Below, one piece after another: positions 24,712 through 32,009 of a stretch of 32,009 nt of DNA; position 1 is the first letter of the stretch, and every line of letters begins with the position of its first letter. The stretch covers positions 1-32,009 of the forward strand of contig DATKKH010000173.1 of assembly GCA_035543035.1 (NCBI GenBank). Direction: 5' to 3'. Made by a program: the position numbers and the translations under genes. The notes below the pieces were generated by a model. The model had not been told where the DNA came from. It saw only the letters and a program-made list of their open reading frames with translations, and ran no database searches. The stretch is from Terriglobales bacterium (GTDB lineage Bacteria > Zixibacteria > MSB-5A5 > RBG-16-43-9).

Positions 24712-24752
24712 GTAGTGCGACCTCACCCAGACCCTCTCCTACAAGGAGAGGG
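24712..24752. repeat. REP head fragment fused to a CTCACCC...CCCTCTCC hairpin repeat
   Basis: The sequence is gtagtgcgacctcacccagaccctctcctacaaggagaggg. It has an 8-bp stem ccctctcc/ggagaggg. Confidence 0.8.
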
Positions 24753-24793
24753 AAAAGGGTCCCGACTAAGGTCAGTTAGAACTAAAGAATAAT

Positions 24794-26266
24794 ATGAGCA
24801 ATTTTCTCAAATTCAAAAATAAACTAAAAGGGATTTTGTTTTTAAACGGGGGCCAGAAAAGGAACAACAAGGTCTTAAGCTACCTTCCTAAAATCATCTT
24901 GGGATTAGCCACGGTTTTGTTTGTGACTTTTCTTTTTCCGTTTCATCGCCTGCCGGAAAGCCAGGTGGTCGCGATGTCACCCTGGCAAACAATCCTTCCC
25001 TTCTTCATAAGGTTTGTTTTGATATTGCTGGTATTCCTCTTCTTCCTGATCTTCCTTTACCTGCTGAAAAAAGAGGTTCTTGAGAGCTTCTCCCAGCTTC
25101 TGATCATAGCCATCCTGATCGTGGCAGAGATGGCACTCGGTTACGTTCTGGTGCTGCAGTTAGGTTTTTCCTACTATTTGATACCGATAACCTTAGGCTC
25201 CATGCTTCTTACTCTACTTCTGGGGTACGAAGTGGGGTTGATCTACAGTTTCCTGATTGGGTTCCTCCTGGAAACGGTTTTCAACTTTAGTTTCAATTTG
25301 GATTTCATCTCCATCGTGGCGGGCTCAGTTGCCACTTTCAGCGTGATAGGGGTAAAGGAAAGATATAAATTCTACAGGCCGATGCTCTATAATGCGCTAA
25401 GCTATCTGGTGATGATATATCTTTTCGAGGTTCTAAAAGGGAGCCAAGCCCAGGCCATTCTGGAACAGTGCGGGTATGGTATCCTGAATGGTTTTTTCTC
25501 AACCTTTCTGGCGATGGGGCTTCTGCCGATCTTCGAATACCTGTTCGATATCACCACCGATGTTACCCTGCTGGAGCTTTCTGACCTGAACAGACCAGTC
25601 CTGAAAAGATTAGCCCTGGAAGCTCCAGGAACGTATCATCATAGCATTGTGGTGGGAAACTTAGCCGAAGCAGCAGCCAAAGCTCTTAATGCCAATCCTC
25701 TTCTTGCCCGGGTCGGGGCTTATTATCATGACATAGGCAAGATCGAGAAACCGGAATATTTCGTGGAGAACCAAATGGGCGCAAAGAGCAAACACGAGAA
25801 GCTCTCCCCATCAATGAGCGCGCTGATCCTGGAGTCTCATGTCAAAGAAGGTGCAGAACTGGCTCTGAAAGAGCATCTACCTAAAAAATTGACTGATATG
25901 ATAAAAGAGCATCACGGTACAACCCTGATGACCTATTTCTATAAAAAAGCCCTAGACCAGAAAATTCCCGAGGTGCAGGAATCTGAGTACCGGTATCCAG
26001 GTCCCAAACCCCGCTCCAAAGAGGCGGCAATACTGATGTTGGCAGATGCAGTCGAGGCAGCCTCCCGTACCTTAGAAGAGCCAAAACCTGCCCGGATAAT
26101 GAGCCTGATCAAAAAGATAATTATGGATAAATTCGAGCAGGGTGAATTGGAGGAGTGCGAGCTGACTCTTAAGGACCTGCATATCATAAAGGAAAGCTTC
26201 CTTCCGATTTTGATCGGGGTATTTCATCCCAGGATAGATTATCCGGAGTTGGTAGAGGAAGGTTAG
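24794..26266 (+). CDS. 7TM-HD membrane phosphohydrolase (PgpH/YqfF-like HDIG protein)
   Basis: 490 aa with about 8 TM helices, then an HD domain (YHHSIVVGNLAE..., YYHDIGK, MLADAVEAASR). It sits in the conserved phoH-X-ybeY-corC position. Confidence 0.88.
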   Translation: MSNFLKFKNKLKGILFLNGGQKRNNKVLSYLPKIILGLATVLFVTFLFPFHRLPESQVVAMSPWQTILPFFIRFVLILLVFLFFLIFLYLLKKEVLESFSQLLIIAILIVAEMALGYVLVLQLGFSYYLIPITLGSMLLTLLLGYEVGLIYSFLIGFLLETVFNFSFNLDFISIVAGSVATFSVIGVKERYKFYRPMLYNALSYLVMIYLFEVLKGSQAQAILEQCGYGILNGFFSTFLAMGLLPIFEYLFDITTDVTLLELSDLNRPVLKRLALEAPGTYHHSIVVGNLAEAAAKALNANPLLARVGAYYHDIGKIEKPEYFVENQMGAKSKHEKLSPSMSALILESHVKEGAELALKEHLPKKLTDMIKEHHGTTLMTYFYKKALDQKIPEVQESEYRYPGPKPRSKEAAILMLADAVEAASRTLEEPKPARIMSLIKKIIMDKFEQGELEECELTLKDLHIIKESFLPILIGVFHPRIDYPELVEEG

Positions 26267-26713
26267 GTGTCAAAAGTATTCATAGAAAATACATCTTCCG
26301 ATTCAAAGATCAAACTCTCTTCACTGAAAAAAATAGCACAGAAAATTTTGGAAGATTTCCATGGACAGGGTGATCTGAATATAATTCTGGTCCCGGATAA
26401 TTTTATGAGAAGATTGAACCAGAGATTTACCAGAAGAAATGGAACGACTGACGTTCTCTCTTTCAGTTTCAAAGAGGAGAAGAATCTAAAAATAAAAAAA
26501 AAGCTGTTGGGAGAAGTCTATATCTCTGTCGATAGGGCAAGGAAGCAGGCTCATGAGTATCAAGCCACTTTTGATCAGGAATTAAAAAGGCTATTAGCCC
26601 ATGGAGTTCTACATCTTTTGGGTTACGAGCACAAAACCAATAAGGACCTTGAGAAGATGAGGAAAAAAGAGGATGAATATATCAGTTTGAACATTGTCAA
26701 AAAAAAGACGTGA
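26267..26713 (+). CDS. ybeY: rRNA maturation endoribonuclease YbeY
   Basis: 148 aa with the zinc motif HGVLHLLGYEH. The GTG start immediately abuts the pgpH TAG stop (tag-gtg), which suggests translational coupling. Confidence 0.93.
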   Translation: MSKVFIENTSSDSKIKLSSLKKIAQKILEDFHGQGDLNIILVPDNFMRRLNQRFTRRNGTTDVLSFSFKEEKNLKIKKKLLGEVYISVDRARKQAHEYQATFDQELKRLLAHGVLHLLGYEHKTNKDLEKMRKKEDEYISLNIVKKKT

Positions 26714-26726
26714 CCGTATAAAATGA

Positions 26727-26828
26727 CCTCACCCTGACCCTCTCCTTAAAGGAGAGGGTAAATGGTGGAACAGGCATCTTGCCTGTTGAAATTAGAGCCC
26801 ACCTTCTCTCTTCTGTAGGAAGAGGGGA
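26727..26828. repeat. Mosaic of three hairpin repeats
   Basis: 26727-26759 is cctcaccctgaccctctccttaaaggagagggt. 26764-26788 is ggtggaacaggcatcttgcctgttg (copy 3). 26798-26828 is cccaccttctctcttctgtaggaagagggga, a CT-rich hairpin like 14820-14844. Confidence 0.85.
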
Positions 26829-26859
26829 AGATATTTAACGAAATCAAATTATACCATAT

Positions 26860-27744
26860 ATGGGAACGAAGAAAAATTTAATCCGAAAACTCTTAAATCC
26901 TCTGCTCAAGCTTCTGATCAGAGCATGCAAGTATCCTTCAAGATTGGGGACTGCCAATAAAACGTCTGAGGAAAGATTCGAGCAACGGATTGAATCGCTT
27001 GAATTGGCAGAAGGTGAAAAGATGGAAGCTTTGGAAGAAGACGAAAAGAAAATGATCCACAGCATTTTCAAGCTAGGAGAAACTGCTGCCAAGGAGATAA
27101 TGATTCCCAGAATCGATATGATCTGCGTAGAAGGAGGGGAACCTTTAGATAGCGTAAAAGAACTGGTAAAAAAATATGGTCACTCGCGCATACCTCTTTT
27201 TAGGGAGTCTATCGATCAGATAATAGGGATTTTGCACGTTAAGGACATTTTTGTGGAAGAAGGAAAGGAATCGGCAAAGATAGATTTGGCAAAGACAGCT
27301 CACAAACCCTTTTTCATCCCGGAGGATAAGAAAATCGACGAGTTGCTGCAGGAGATGAGAAAGGATAAACAGCATATAGCCATCGTGGTGGACGAATACG
27401 GAGGAACAGCAGGGCTGGTCACAATAGAAGACATCCTGGAAGAGATTGTTGGAGAAATAGAAGACGAACACGACAGGGCCGAGCCGGCAATTCAGAAGAT
27501 TAGCGAAGAAGAATATCGGATCGCAGCAAAGGTTACAATTCCCGATTTAAACGAAGCGATGGGTTCGGATTTGCCGGAGAAGGAATTCGAAACCTTAGGA
27601 GGATTGATCTACGATCTGGTAGGCGGTGTTCCGGAGGAGGGGAAAACTATCGAATATAGAGGATTAAATTTTAAGGTAGAGAAAGTGAAAGGTCAGCGCA
27701 TAATAAGAGTGAAAGTGAAAAAGATGGAAGACGTAAGACAATAG
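26860..27744 (+). CDS. corC: CorC/YbeX-type CBS-pair plus CorC_HlyC domain protein (Mg/Co efflux-associated)
   Basis: 294 aa. It has a CBS pair ([12 protein letters not shown]..., [33 protein letters not shown]) and a C-terminal transporter-associated domain. It has no DUF21 TM domain, as in YbeX. Confidence 0.9.
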   Translation: MGTKKNLIRKLLNPLLKLLIRACKYPSRLGTANKTSEERFEQRIESLELAEGEKMEALEEDEKKMIHSIFKLGETAAKEIMIPRIDMICVEGGEPLDSVKELVKKYGHSRIPLFRESIDQIIGILHVKDIFVEEGKESAKIDLAKTAHKPFFIPEDKKIDELLQEMRKDKQHIAIVVDEYGGTAGLVTIEDILEEIVGEIEDEHDRAEPAIQKISEEEYRIAAKVTIPDLNEAMGSDLPEKEFETLGGLIYDLVGGVPEEGKTIEYRGLNFKVEKVKGQRIIRVKVKKMEDVRQ

Positions 27745-27800
27745 AGGAAAACTGGAAAAAATGACGAATGACTGATGACGGATAAAAAATAAAAAAAAAC

Positions 27801-28928
27801 ATGAAAAGCAGAGTCTCGATAGAGAAATGCCAGGATTATCTTTTAGATAATGTTCGGGGAGCAATTAAAAAATCGTTTGATAATCTGGGAGGATTGGGCA
27901 AGTTCGTCAAAGCAGGGGATAAAGTCCTGATCAAGCCTAATCTTCTTTCTGCCAAAGAACCCTCCAGGGCAATTACCACCCATCCTACAGTTGTTCAGGC
28001 AGTGGCAGAGCAGGTTCTGGCTCTAAAAGCAAAGCCTTATATCGGTGATAGTCCCGGTGGCGCGGACAGGGGAGTAAGGCGGGTCTGGGATAATACCCAG
28101 ATGAGCCTGGCTTCTCAGAATTCGGGAGTTCCTCTGGTCTCTTTTGAAGAAAAGGGTGTGGAGTTGAGAAAATCTCAAACCGGCAAAACCTATTATATCG
28201 CCCGTCCGGTTTCAGAGTCTGACTTGATAATCAGTTTAGGGAAACTTAAAACCCATACCCTGACTTTGATGACAGGCGCGATTAAAAATATGTTCGGGGT
28301 GATTCCTGGCTTCAGAAAGGGCCAGTACCACAAAGAAGCACCCAGGCCAGAGATGTTCGCACAGGTCATCGTCGACATCTTTTCCGTTTCCAAACCCAGG
28401 ATAACCTTGATGGATGCAGTTGTCGGGATGGAAGGAGATGGTCCCTCTTCTGGTGATCCCAGATATTTAGGTTTTCTTTTAGCCGCTGAAGATGCAGTGG
28501 CATTGGATACGGTTGCCTCGAAGATCCTGGGTTTCAAAGATGGTGAGATTGACTCAACTAAAATCGCAGCTAAAAGAGGTTTGGGTGTGTCTGATTTTTC
28601 TCAAATAGAAATTGCAGGTGAAAAAATTGAAAGCGTGAAGCCTCCTTCTTTCAACTTGCCTTCGAACCGGCTTTTGAAACTGGTTCCTAATTTTTTAGTT
28701 GACCTGCTTGGACCTCTGGTCTGGGTGCGTCCCAATATTTATAATGGCACCTGCACTAACTGTAATATCTGCGTCATAAATTGCCCTCTTAAGACAATCT
28801 CTGCAGGAAAGCAAAGGCCAGTTTTCGATTATTCGAAATGCGTCAATTGCATGTGCTGCCAGGAGCTGTGCCCTCAAAAAGCAATATATTTAGAGAAAAG
28901 CTGGCTGGCCGGGAAAATAGCGAAATAA
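27801..28928 (+). CDS. DUF362 domain protein with C-terminal 2x[4Fe-4S] ferredoxin motifs
   Basis: 375 aa with the DUF362-type VLIKPNLLSA motif. Two CxxCxxCxxxCP motifs are present (CTNCNICVINCP, CVNCMCCQELCP). Confidence 0.85.
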   Translation: MKSRVSIEKCQDYLLDNVRGAIKKSFDNLGGLGKFVKAGDKVLIKPNLLSAKEPSRAITTHPTVVQAVAEQVLALKAKPYIGDSPGGADRGVRRVWDNTQMSLASQNSGVPLVSFEEKGVELRKSQTGKTYYIARPVSESDLIISLGKLKTHTLTLMTGAIKNMFGVIPGFRKGQYHKEAPRPEMFAQVIVDIFSVSKPRITLMDAVVGMEGDGPSSGDPRYLGFLLAAEDAVALDTVASKILGFKDGEIDSTKIAAKRGLGVSDFSQIEIAGEKIESVKPPSFNLPSNRLLKLVPNFLVDLLGPLVWVRPNIYNGTCTNCNICVINCPLKTISAGKQRPVFDYSKCVNCMCCQELCPQKAIYLEKSWLAGKIAK

Positions 28929-28968
28929 ACAGACAGTAAACAGAATACAGCATACAAGAGAATAGAGA

Positions 28969-28996
28969 GGACAGACATTCTTGTCTGTCCTTTTTT
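28969..28996 (+). terminator. Rho-independent terminator
   Basis: ggacagaca-ttct-tgtctgtcc forms a 9-bp perfect stem followed by tttttt. It lies 40 nt after the DUF362 stop. Confidence 0.85.
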
Positions 28997-29191
28997 AATG
29001 CCCGATTATCGGGTTCTCTTGAACTCTATGAAGACTAAACATCTTTGGTTCAAGAGTTGTTGAAAGTTAATTGCTAGAAAATGTTCGAAACCGATGTCTG
29101 TGAATTCTTCCCACCATAAGCTGATATGTTGAGGGTTTTATCTTTTTGCTGTTAGCGGGCAGATTGGAAATTTATAAGGTTCTGGTGTAGC

Positions 29192-30181
29192 TCACGCGGG
29201 GACTCTGGAAGGAGCAGCTTGAGGTTCTCTCTTTTCGTGTTTTTCCAGAAACCTGGCAAAAATGAATGGATATAGAATTTTTTGGGTGACAAAATATGCA
29301 ATTGCCACGTAAAGAGCCCCGATGATCAAATCAATTACGTAATGGTGATTCGTATAAACGGCACAGACCCAGACTGCGATACAATATAAAAACAGCCAAA
29401 TTGTGTAGCGGTGGAACTTCTGAAAGAGAAATATTGCAGTTACGATCGGGTAAGCTCCGTGCAAAGAAGGGATGGCAGCAAAATGATTGGGATTAAAAGA
29501 ATCCCAGACAGTCGCATAAAAGTGAGTCCCGAAGAGCTTGTCGACATTGAGCAAAGATCCTGCACTCAGGCCATGAAAAGCATTGTGGGCAGGCTGAACG
29601 AAACCGTAGCTGGAAACATACCAGGGCGGCGCTGCCGGATATACCATGAAGGTTATTAGTGCCATTGCATTGAGGACCGTAAGGGTGTAAAAATAGCGAT
29701 AAAAAGTCTTCCGGTCGTTGGTAGTGTGCCAGAAGATCCAGCCAGCAACCAGAGGGATAGCAAAATGCAGGGTGTAAAGATTAGCGACCATGATGTCAAG
29801 ACCGCGGTGCAAAATTGTGTTGCCCAGCCAGGTTTGAAAATCCTGAAACCAAAAAGACGGGATTTTTCCGCCAAAAAAATGGGAGAATAATGCATATTCC
29901 AGCTTGTAAGGAGCTTCGACCTGGATGACACCCCGCACGCTATCGGCAACCCCGCGCATCATGTCATATGCGATCCAGAATAAAATCAAGGGCGCCCAGT
30001 CGATTAAAAATCTGCGAGATTTTTCCTTTCCCAGAGAGAGAGTCATAATCAAAAGGGCTAAAAAAGCATGGTCAGGCCTGAATTTGGTAATCTGGTTAAT
30101 TATTATAAAAAAGAGGATAACCAGGATTAAAACTATAATTGGGAATTTCTTATCTTGCGTGTTAAATAATCTTAAGTTCAC
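29192..30181 (-). CDS. PAP2-superfamily membrane protein (PAP2_3 / Aur1-like inositolphosphotransferase-type)
   Basis: 329 aa and polytopic. The motifs AAIPSLHGAYP and TNHHYVIDLIIGALY match the SxH and HxxxD phosphatase motifs of PAP2_3. The start is GTG. Confidence 0.8.
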   Translation of the reverse strand: MNLRLFNTQDKKFPIIVLILVILFFIIINQITKFRPDHAFLALLIMTLSLGKEKSRRFLIDWAPLILFWIAYDMMRGVADSVRGVIQVEAPYKLEYALFSHFFGGKIPSFWFQDFQTWLGNTILHRGLDIMVANLYTLHFAIPLVAGWIFWHTTNDRKTFYRYFYTLTVLNAMALITFMVYPAAPPWYVSSYGFVQPAHNAFHGLSAGSLLNVDKLFGTHFYATVWDSFNPNHFAAIPSLHGAYPIVTAIFLFQKFHRYTIWLFLYCIAVWVCAVYTNHHYVIDLIIGALYVAIAYFVTQKILYPFIFARFLEKHEKREPQAAPSRVPA

Positions 30182-30433
30182 AATGATTTCCCTTTTCTAG
30201 GGAGTTAAAACTAAATGAGTCGTTAATATAGGGTTTGATATAGATTTCAGCAATAAAAAAAATTACTAAGTGATAAAAGGATGACACCTTAATTGTAGGT
30301 CAAGATGAAACCACAGATTTTGTTGATACAATCTGTTTGACTTAGTGAATTTAACAACTGCAGATAAAATCTGCTTTACTTAACGTAATCCAGGACATAT
30401 TTTTCTATTTCTAGGTTCGTATGGACTCATGAT

Positions 30434-31921
30434 ATGGATAATTCTTATACAATTTCAGCACTGGACAAAAGACAAATCGACAAAGGGCTTAGAATCTCGA
30501 TTTATGAAGGGTCTTTTGCGGCTATATTTACCGCTTTGACCACAGGTCCTTTTTTAGCCGGTTATGCGATTTTCTTGGGCGCAAATGACTTCCAGTTAGG
30601 ACTGGTTGCCGCTTTTCCTTTTTTGGCCCAAGCTTTTCAGCTTTTGGGAGCTTTGGGGGTCGAGAAGTTTAAACAACGAAAGAGGTTCAATTTATTCGGG
30701 TCTATTCTCTTTCGCTCGATTTTCTTAATCTTCGTCTTTTTGCCATTTTTCCCTCAAGACCAAAGAGTCAAGACCGGTATCTTTCTTCTGTTCTTATCAT
30801 TATCCGCAGCCATTGCCAACCTGGTCTCTGTTGCTTGGCTATCCTGGATGTCAGATCTGGTTTCTGAGGAAAGAAGAGGAAGATATTTCGGGCTTAGAAA
30901 TACCGTGCTTGGATTCATCACTATGGGGGCAAATTTCGGAGGAGCTAAGATAATCGATTACCTGAGGGCCGATCCGATCGAAGTGAAATCTCATTTGCCT
31001 GATTTTGTTAACAGATACCTTGAGCAAAATCCTGCTGGTTTTGCCTTCTCCTTTATTTTCATCTTGGCGGTTCTCTCGGCCTGGGCTGCTGCATATTTCC
31101 TGATCAGGCAGCCAGAACCCAAGATGGTTCTTCATCCGGAGGTGAGCTTAAGGTCAACTCTAAAAATACCTCTATCAGATAAAAATTTCAGAAGGCTGAT
31201 CTATTTTTTCATCTACTGGTCTTTTGTGACCGGGATCTCAGCTCCTTTCTGGTCGCCTCATATGCTCAAAAACCTTCATCTGGATTTTTACCTGATCTCC
31301 CTTTTTTCGATTTTGGCAGGGGTAATAAGTCTCTTTATGCAGCCTCTCTGGGGAAGAGCTATCGATAGATACGGCAACAAACCAGTAATGGCTTTTAACA
31401 TATCGTTCATCTTCCTGATTCCCTTCTTGTGGCTGTTTGCCACCCCCCGGTTTATTTTCCCCTTATGGATGGATGCGATTATGGGAGGAGTTTTCTGGTC
31501 AGGGTTTAACCTGGCATCTTTCAACGTAGTCTTAGCCCTGTCCCCCCAGCAAGGCAGGGTCTACTATCTGGCGGCTGTTGCAGCTATCAACGGGTTGGTC
31601 TTATTCCTGGCAGCAACCCTGGGAGGGATCATTGCCCAGCATCTGAGCAGCTTCAAATTCGTTTTCCAGGGACAAACCCTGGTGAACTTTCACATTCTCT
31701 TCGTGATCTCAGGATTTGGTAGAATCTTCGGACTTTTATTCTTGAAAAAGCTTTTTGAGCCGAAGAGCAGGCCTGCCAGGGAGATGATCGAGGAACTGGG
31801 GGATTCATTTTTCAACCGGGTTACTCTGGGAAGAGAGACCTGGACTCTGGTTAACTGGGCACGGTCGACTTTCACTTTCAAAAAGAAAAACAATCAAAAT
31901 CTTTCCAGAATGGATCCATAA
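30434..31921 (+). CDS. MFS-type transporter
   Basis: 495 aa with about 12-14 TM helices. An MFS-like loop motif follows TM2 (GALGVEKFKQRKRF), and a central cytoplasmic loop is present. Confidence 0.78.
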   Translation: MDNSYTISALDKRQIDKGLRISIYEGSFAAIFTALTTGPFLAGYAIFLGANDFQLGLVAAFPFLAQAFQLLGALGVEKFKQRKRFNLFGSILFRSIFLIFVFLPFFPQDQRVKTGIFLLFLSLSAAIANLVSVAWLSWMSDLVSEERRGRYFGLRNTVLGFITMGANFGGAKIIDYLRADPIEVKSHLPDFVNRYLEQNPAGFAFSFIFILAVLSAWAAAYFLIRQPEPKMVLHPEVSLRSTLKIPLSDKNFRRLIYFFIYWSFVTGISAPFWSPHMLKNLHLDFYLISLFSILAGVISLFMQPLWGRAIDRYGNKPVMAFNISFIFLIPFLWLFATPRFIFPLWMDAIMGGVFWSGFNLASFNVVLALSPQQGRVYYLAAVAAINGLVLFLAATLGGIIAQHLSSFKFVFQGQTLVNFHILFVISGFGRIFGLLFLKKLFEPKSRPAREMIEELGDSFFNRVTLGRETWTLVNWARSTFTFKKKNNQNLSRMDP

Positions 31922-31951
31922 GAGATTCACAGGATCGGAGGTAGATTTAGA

Positions 31952-32009
31952 ATGTCCCAATGGATGATGATATTTGCGGCAATTCTCTTGAACGTAGGAG
32001 GCCATGTTT
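31952..32009 (+). CDS. Partial ORF at the window edge, hydrophobic N-terminus (possibly an SMR/DMT-like small membrane protein)
   Basis: The ATG is preceded by GGAGGT 8 nt upstream. MSQWMMIFAAILLNVGGHV reads like a first TM helix. Only 19 codons are visible. Confidence 0.3.
   Translation, partial: MSQWMMIFAAILLNVGGHV

Noticed and set aside
24610-24792. 60-aa plus-strand ORF between phoH and pgpH
   Set aside because: It is composed entirely of the twin GGATG hairpins, a REP head fragment and the CCCTCTCC hairpin. It is a repeat-derived artefact.
8877-26828. Possibility that the recurring hairpins form a CRISPR array
   Set aside because: There is no constant repeat at regular spacing. The elements belong to many unrelated sequence classes, occur in both orientations, are scattered between genes, and there are no cas genes.
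17745-29100. Short shared strings: gagcctttagg (17745 and 20001) and ccgatgtctg with a nearby tgaattc (20087 and 29091)
   Set aside because: Exact matches of 10-11 nt are expected by chance many times in a 32-kb window on two strands. They are not supported by extended similarity.
1-32009. Genomic island, prophage or known defence-system interpretation of the window
   Set aside because: There is no integrase, transposase, phage structural, restriction-modification, toxin-antitoxin or cas-like gene. No tRNA attachment site is present. The flanking genes are ordinary housekeeping and envelope genes.

Overview
This looks like a chromosomal window from an uncultivated-type, moderately AT-rich bacterium. 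I support 24 full protein genes, one possible 15-codon micro-ORF and one partial gene at the right edge. I see no rRNA, tRNA, CRISPR array, transposase or integrase. Left third: membrane and ion-transport genes (DUF502, CaCA-like exchanger, DUF47 plus PitA phosphate transporter). A minus-strand envelope cluster follows (DUF2723/GT117-TPR, secreted TPR protein, 1131-aa membrane-anchored coiled-coil DUF4175-like protein, DUF4159). Centre: a Cys-rich 296-aa orphan protein and a GAF-AAA+-HTH sigma-54 enhancer-binding protein. Directly downstream is a near-consensus -24/-12 sigma-54 promoter in front of a GxxExxY (PD-(D/E)xK-like) gene, followed by a lysine-rich 15-codon micro-ORF and an intrinsic terminator. 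This is my best candidate for an undescribed regulated module. Right half: housekeeping genes (5'-nucleotidase, VanZ, hisS, aspS, phoH-pgpH-ybeY-corC, DUF362 Fe-S protein, PAP2, MFS). The most striking non-coding signal is that most of the larger intergenic gaps are filled with short hairpin repeats. About 19 of them carry the 5' GTAG head typical of REP elements (RAYT/Y1-transposase substrates). They fall into about 10 stem classes, some arranged as BIME-like inverted pairs with compensatory stem changes. At least three other non-GTAG hairpin families are also present. All family names come from motif recognition by eye, and no database search was run.
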